Shown one piece after another: positions 58,769-64,000 of a stretch of DNA of 64,000 bases. This DNA is from a virus, in the IMG/VR virus record IMGVR_UViG_3300034101_003146, positions 5,779-69,778 of that record, one strand, 5' to 3'. Within the stretch, counting starts at the first letter, position 1. The number at the start of each line of letters is the position of its first letter. A program made the position numbers and the translations under genes. The notes under the pieces were generated by a model. That model was not told the origin of the DNA, did no database searches, and was given only the letters and a program-made list of their open reading frames with translations.

Positions 58769-59604
58769 TTTAAATAATTTAAATAAATATAGTCCTCTGA
58801 ACTAGGTAATTCAAGTGTGGCATTAAAATTATTTATTATAGACGTTTTTTTAGATTCATAATAATCTTCTGTTAACATATCTTCATTAAAGTTTTCGTCA
58901 AATATTATAATACCATTTAAATCAAAGTATTCCCCTATTGATGGTGAACCCCAATAAATAGGTATAGTACCTGTTGCGAAACAATCTGTTATTTTTTCAC
59001 AAAAAATAGAATCGTAATTACCATTTTCAAAAACCATTGAAAAATAATAATCTTTAAGGGCTAAAATTTTACCAGACTCATCTAAACCGTTCTCATCTTT
59101 TATAACCCAAGGTAGTTCTTTAAAACCAAACCCACGACCAAAATGATCTATTTTATTACTTTTTAAATTATGTAAAACATTTAATCTATAAGAATGACCA
59201 TCTGTCATTCTTTTATTAGAAACAATGAAAGAACATAGTTTAGATTTATCATAAATTTTTCTATTTCTAATCCACGGTAAAGCATTAGGTAATGTGAACT
59301 TAAAGAATGTAGGATCCAACTCCATAACTCTTTTATCGTGTGTAAAGATAAATTTAAACTTTTCCTTATATAGATGAGTGTTTCTTTTAACCTCTTCAAT
59401 AACAGTAGGTATTATATTACTGGATTCAGCTAACCAACCATAATTTTCTTTAGTGTTATCAATAGGATTAAGTATGGCGTGGTCTATATGTATTGAAATA
59501 TTAGCTGAACCATCCTTAACCCAATTAACATATTTATTGGTGTTTAAAGCGGATGAACAAACATCGTGTTGAAATCCACCGCCTATAATATTTATTTTTA
59601 CCAT
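58765..59604 (-). CDS. GT10-like fucosyltransferase
   Basis: Y.FS..FEN.....CEKI.DCF..GTIPIYWG. Confidence 0.8.
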   Translation of the reverse strand: MVKINIIGGGFQHDVCSSALNTNKYVNWVKDGSANISIHIDHAILNPIDNTKENYGWLAESSNIIPTVIEEVKRNTHLYKEKFKFIFTHDKRVMELDPTFFKFTLPNALPWIRNRKIYDKSKLCSFIVSNKRMTDGHSYRLNVLHNLKSNKIDHFGRGFGFKELPWVIKDENGLDESGKILALKDYYFSMVFENGNYDSIFCEKITDCFATGTIPIYWGSPSIGEYFDLNGIIIFDENFNEDMLTEDYYESKKTSIINNFNATLELPSSEDYIYLNYLK

Positions 59605-59670
59605 TTTAATTTAAAAAAAGTGATTTTTTTAGAATTTGAGCATCCTTATTTATTAAACCGTTAGGGTCAT

Positions 59671-60315
59671 TTATGTGATAATTCCAGTTAAATTGGTTTT
59701 TACGAAAATAATCATTAACTTTTCAACTTCAACACCAACATCATCTATCGGTGTTGGTGGGTGCATATGGTTTAATGATAAATCAATATTTTCTATAATA
59801 TTTAATTTTTCACCAATAACTCTTAACCAACCGTCAATATATGGTACATCAATAGAGAAATGGCCCAATGTTTTTATGATATTTGTATGTATTATTGGGA
59901 AATACCGCCCTTCACCGTTTATTACATTTTTACTATGTAACATATTTATTTTACCTTGATATGGTTTAATAACTAAATCAAAATTTTTTGTCAACAACCT
60001 TAAATCATCATTGAATAAAAACAACCACTCGCCACTACTTATTTCAAATAACTCGTAAAAATATTTTGATAAGTTGAAATACCCCTTTTCTCTTGTTGTT
60101 ATTAATATTTTTATATTAACGTCAATTAATTCTTTGAACTTTGATGTTACAGTCTCATATGTTTCAGTATCATCATCATCTATTTTTAACAATATCTCAA
60201 TATTTTTTTTATCACTAACGTTTTCTATAAGTGAATTTATTACCTCAACAACATCGTTAGGTCTACTTCTAGTTGGCATTAATATTGATATTTTATTAGG
60301 TACGTAATTGTTCAT
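59671..60315 (-). CDS. Glycosyltransferase family 2 (C-terminus possibly frameshifted)
   Basis: ISILMPTRSR, IDDDD, FNDD. Confidence 0.75.
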   Translation of the reverse strand: MNNYVPNKISILMPTRSRPNDVVEVINSLIENVSDKKNIEILLKIDDDDTETYETVTSKFKELIDVNIKILITTREKGYFNLSKYFYELFEISSGEWLFLFNDDLRLLTKNFDLVIKPYQGKINMLHSKNVINGEGRYFPIIHTNIIKTLGHFSIDVPYIDGWLRVIGEKLNIIENIDLSLNHMHPPTPIDDVGVEVEKLMIIFVKTNLTGIIT

Positions 60316-60318
60316 ATT

Positions 60319-60969
60319 TTATCTTAAAAAATCATAATCCATTACGGCATTTTGAATATCGGAAAAACCTTTTCTTTGCCAAGCCAAATGAGGTCTAAAA
60401 CAATACCAATTATTTATTCTATGTAAATCTGCCATAAAAAAATCTGCCGCCACAGAAGTCTTAATCACTTCTTTTCCGTTGTCTATAACATTTTGAATTC
60501 TACTATTCATATAGTCTATTGTTTCGTTAAAAACTTTAGAATTTAAACCGTATGAATGTAGGGCATATGATCTATTAACTTTCATCATATTTTTATTAAC
60601 CATCATACCACCACCAACATGGTTACCACCAAAAAGTAACCCGTCCCAATTTTGGGGGATTTCTTTTACAAATTCTGTAAATTGTTTTTCTAAATCTTCT
60701 ATAAAATCAACATCATCTTCTAAAATTAAGACATTTTTAAGTTTTAATTCTTTAGCTTTTTCAATAACTTTAGTGTGACTTATGGATCCGGCCAATTCAC
60801 TATCATATGGATAACCTAAATTATAGTTTTCTTTACTACCATCGATGGCTGAAAAACGTTCTACTTCTAAACCGTGTTTAGAAAAAATTTTTTGACACTC
60901 TTCCCATCTATCAGTCCTCCTATCAAGATTTATACAATATATTTTATCAAAATATTCATTTAACCTCAT
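60319..60969 (-). CDS. Glycosyltransferase family 25
   Basis: INLDRRTDR, RFSAIDG, SH, LILEDD. Confidence 0.9.
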   Translation of the reverse strand: MRLNEYFDKIYCINLDRRTDRWEECQKIFSKHGLEVERFSAIDGSKENYNLGYPYDSELAGSISHTKVIEKAKELKLKNVLILEDDVDFIEDLEKQFTEFVKEIPQNWDGLLFGGNHVGGGMMVNKNMMKVNRSYALHSYGLNSKVFNETIDYMNSRIQNVIDNGKEVIKTSVAADFFMADLHRINNWYCFRPHLAWQRKGFSDIQNAVMDYDFLR

Positions 60970-61739
60970 ACAAATAAACTCTTAATTTTTTTTACTTTAT
61001 GTAAAGTACTAGGTAACCCACCCCACAAAACTTGATTTGGGTAGGACCAATTATTATAATGGCTTACAATTCTATCAATATCGTTCGTAAAATTAACCGA
61101 AGCGGAACTGTTAGTTAACTTAGTTCTTATGTTATCTCTTATATAAGAACCATGATGCATTTGTATTTGTTCACGTTTTAAAACTAAAGGTTTATCACTT
61201 GGTGCCATCCTTCTAGTTGGGTCTACTAAAACTGGTGTTGGATACCCCATTATATAATTGGAGTCTAATTTAATTTTAAATATTAATGAAACATAATACT
61301 CTTCAGGTGGGTCTAAAGAGTATTCCCAAGATTTATAATACGTTTGCATTTGACAATAAGAGGAATCGTAATCACCTTCTTCTATTATTTTTTTAAGATT
61401 TTCAAATTCTGATGGTATGTAATATTCATCCGAATCCATTGACATATGGTGAGTACAACCAGCACCCTGTGATAAAGCTAAACCTATGTTTCTTTTTTGA
61501 ATTTCATTTGAATGTCCACCTTTATTGATTTTAGGTGAGTATTCAAATAACTCATCTACTAATCCTTCTGATTTTAACCTTTCTAAAAGTGGTAATAACT
61601 CTGGATTACACGCATTACCAAAATTAGATGTTGTTTGGTAAACAACACTTACATAATCAACATGTTGTCTTATTTGTTTTATTGAACCTTCTAAAAGCTC
61701 TTCTCCATCGAATAAATTATATGAAACCCCCAACCGCAT
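60966..61739 (-). CDS. Putative GT-A glycosyltransferase
   Basis: E..KRN.GL, MDSDE (DxD), MHH.S. Confidence 0.65.
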   Translation of the reverse strand: MRLGVSYNLFDGEELLEGSIKQIRQHVDYVSVVYQTTSNFGNACNPELLPLLERLKSEGLVDELFEYSPKINKGGHSNEIQKRNIGLALSQGAGCTHHMSMDSDEYYIPSEFENLKKIIEEGDYDSSYCQMQTYYKSWEYSLDPPEEYYVSLIFKIKLDSNYIMGYPTPVLVDPTRRMAPSDKPLVLKREQIQMHHGSYIRDNIRTKLTNSSASVNFTNDIDRIVSHYNNWSYPNQVLWGGLPSTLHKVKKIKSLFV

Positions 61740-63291
61740 TTTGTTTAATTTCTTTAGTTTTTTGTTCCATTAAAAACTCAAAGTCTTTGGATTTAATGTT
61801 ACTGAAATAATTATAAGTTTTTTTATTTTTAATAATAAATGGAATTAACTTTTTTGTATAGTCTTCGGACTCACGTTTTAATTTTTCTTCACTTTTATTT
61901 CTAGTTTGACTTTCATAATGATAACAAACCGCTTCACCAACAAAAATATTATCTTTATTTCTATTTATACATTCAATGTTTAATTGAACGTCTTCAAAAC
62001 ACTCTCGATAAGATGCATCAAAACCACCTATTTGATTGAATAAATTTTTAGATATCATCATAAAAGCACCAGTATTACCTAAAATATCTTTTTTAGTTTC
62101 TTTATGGTAGGTATAATAAGAACGTAAACCATAATGGGAAATACCTATTTGTTGATTTTGTGTTAAAAACATCATTATTCCAGAGTGTTGTGTGGTGTTA
62201 TCACCATAGTGAAGTCGACAACCAATGGTACCAACCGTTTTTTTATTTTTAAGATAAACATCCATCATTAAGTTAATGGCATTGTTAACAACTTTAATAT
62301 CGTTATTACAGAATAATAAAACTTCAGTATCTTTTTGTACATGATTTTCTACCATATCATTATTGATTACAGCAAAGTTATAGAAATCATATTCAAAAAA
62401 ACGGATATTAAATCCATCTATTCCACTAATAAAATTTTTAATTTCAATTTTTTCTTCATCAGATGAACCTGTATCGGCTATATAAATCATAGTGTTAGTC
62501 AAATACCCACCATTATCTATAATAGAATTAATACACTGTTTTAATAAACTAACATTACCTTTTGTTGGAATTATAATACCTAATTTAGGTGTTTCTTTAA
62601 GGACTTTGGTTTTAATTTCGTATCTTAATTCAGGTTTAATTTTATAAGGAAGTTTGTCTTTATATTTTTCAACAAACTGTTCACGGTTTTTTTCCCATTC
62701 ATCGTTAGTCATACCTATGGATTTATGGGTGATTTTAATATCAAACATAACCCCAACTTTAACACCGTTTAAATGATTGTTAAAAGTAAAATCAACATCA
62801 TAAAAATGGAACCCTTTAAAGTTTTCATCAAACTTTGCTTTAATTCTTTCTTTATGGGTAACAAAAAAAAGACCGTCTAACACAACCGTCTCAATAACCT
62901 CATCTTCAAAATTAGCCGAATATCTATTCTCCCAAGTTTTACCTTCATGTGAGTGTGAAACAATTCCAATCATTTTGGTTGTATCTTGCCACCAACGACC
63001 AACCTCTGACATATCGGTTGTACCGGCTTTCCCCAAAATACCATAATCAGTATTTTGAAAATGTTTGATTATTTTCTTACCCCAACCGTCACTTAAAATA
63101 ACATCGTCATGTGAGAAAACAACAATATCATATTTAGAATTTTTTAACCCTTCATTATAAACCTGTGTTAAAGATTTTTCACCGTTGTTTATAAACTCCA
63201 ATATTTCAAACTCTTTAACACCTATAGTTTTTTTAATGTGTGTTTGAAATTCTTTATTTTCATTTCTTGTTGAATATACTACTGTTATCAT
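61717..63291 (-). CDS. Two-domain GT2 glycosyltransferase
   Basis: Domain 1 YN.G...HDD...FHFYD; domain 2 IIIPT, DTGS, NND, TGAF, EDV, HYES. Confidence 0.88.
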   Translation of the reverse strand: MITVVYSTRNENKEFQTHIKKTIGVKEFEILEFINNGEKSLTQVYNEGLKNSKYDIVVFSHDDVILSDGWGKKIIKHFQNTDYGILGKAGTTDMSEVGRWWQDTTKMIGIVSHSHEGKTWENRYSANFEDEVIETVVLDGLFFVTHKERIKAKFDENFKGFHFYDVDFTFNNHLNGVKVGVMFDIKITHKSIGMTNDEWEKNREQFVEKYKDKLPYKIKPELRYEIKTKVLKETPKLGIIIPTKGNVSLLKQCINSIIDNGGYLTNTMIYIADTGSSDEEKIEIKNFISGIDGFNIRFFEYDFYNFAVINNDMVENHVQKDTEVLLFCNNDIKVVNNAINLMMDVYLKNKKTVGTIGCRLHYGDNTTQHSGIMMFLTQNQQIGISHYGLRSYYTYHKETKKDILGNTGAFMMISKNLFNQIGGFDASYRECFEDVQLNIECINRNKDNIFVGEAVCYHYESQTRNKSEEKLKRESEDYTKKLIPFIIKNKKTYNYFSNIKSKDFEFLMEQKTKEIKQNAVGGFI

Positions 63292-63782
63292 TTTCTTTCT
63301 ACTTCTATTATGTTTATTGGTTCTTCACAAAGGATTGATAAATGACAAGCCGTTTTAATAGCGTCACTAACAGAAGAACCTAAATATAGGGCCGCCAAAG
63401 CAAAATCCATACCAGCACCAATTGCTGCGTAATCTGTAACTTCTTTTACATAAAAACCTTCAACAAGAAATGCCTTACCTTCAAATATAATAATATAACT
63501 ATTTTCCAGTTTATCGGCATCAGTTTTTTCTCTTTTCCATTGGAAAAAATCAAACAAATATTCAGTTATGGCCTCTACTGAAGCCTCTCTTGGTTTTCTT
63601 GTTTTGGAAAATATCTGAAATAAAGCCCCTTCTTGAGCCTCGCCAACATCACCAACAACCATCCATTCGTTTTTGAATAGTTTGGCTAATTTATCCTTTT
63701 CTTGTGTATAACCATTAACCAATATACTATCGGCTCCTATGGTTATTTTATTCTTTGTTATTTTTACTGCTACTACTGACAT
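63288..63782 (-). CDS. Ntn-hydrolase, proteasome-beta/HslV-like protein
   Basis: M-S-VVAV N-terminus, IGADS, KLF, AIGAG..FALAAL. Confidence 0.75.
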   Translation of the reverse strand: MSVVAVKITKNKITIGADSILVNGYTQEKDKLAKLFKNEWMVVGDVGEAQEGALFQIFSKTRKPREASVEAITEYLFDFFQWKREKTDADKLENSYIIIFEGKAFLVEGFYVKEVTDYAAIGAGMDFALAALYLGSSVSDAIKTACHLSILCEEPINIIEVERK

Positions 63783-63785
63783 ATA

Positions 63786-64000
63786 TTATTTATTACCTGT
63801 TGAACCAAAACCACTTACACCACGGTCAGTTTCACTTAATTCTTCCACCGAGGTTAATTTAATTAACTTACCCAATTCTGTACTCACTCTTGGTGCCACC
63901 ACACCTTGTGCAACTCTATCTCCGTGTTCTATTTTAACTTCTTTATCTGAAAGGTTAATAAGTATAACTTTTACCTCACCTCTATAGTCACGATCTACAG
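63786..64000 (-). CDS. dut: dUTPase (3' part; starts outside the window)
   Basis: Manual translation [15 protein letters not shown]...GDRVAQ...[10 protein letters not shown]. Confidence 0.93.
   Translation of the reverse strand, partial: VDRDYRGEVKVILINLSDKEVKIEHGDRVAQGVVAPRVSTELGKLIKLTSVEELSETDRGVSGFGSTGNK

Overview
AT-rich 64-kb segment of a large (jumbo-type) T4-like myovirus, probably infecting a Bacteroidota host (DUF4494-like gene, TAnnTTTG promoter elements, no obvious Shine-Dalgarno sites, type VI-B-like repeat). It carries the head module (large terminase, portal, prohead protease, scaffold, major capsid), a gp5-like baseplate gene, a late-sigma-like factor, auxiliary metabolic genes (thyA, glutamine synthetase II, CCA-adding enzyme, phoH, dUTPase, acyl-CoA thioesterase), three homing-endonuclease-like genes and a glycosylation region of about 18 kb. 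Highlights: (1) a 36-nt-repeat/30-nt-spacer CRISPR-like mini-array translated in frame as the C-terminus of a nucleotidyltransferase ORF, with no cas gene in the window; (2) a clpC gene fractured at its Walker A motif by an atypically split intein (24-aa IntN, ~146-aa IntC) with a free-standing endonuclease gene between the halves; (3) modular ORFs with shared N-terminal leaders and [LIM]xE junctions suggesting head-packaged, protease-processed polyproteins; (4) a candidate late promoter ATATTTAT. All assignments come from motif recognition by eye; no database searches were run.
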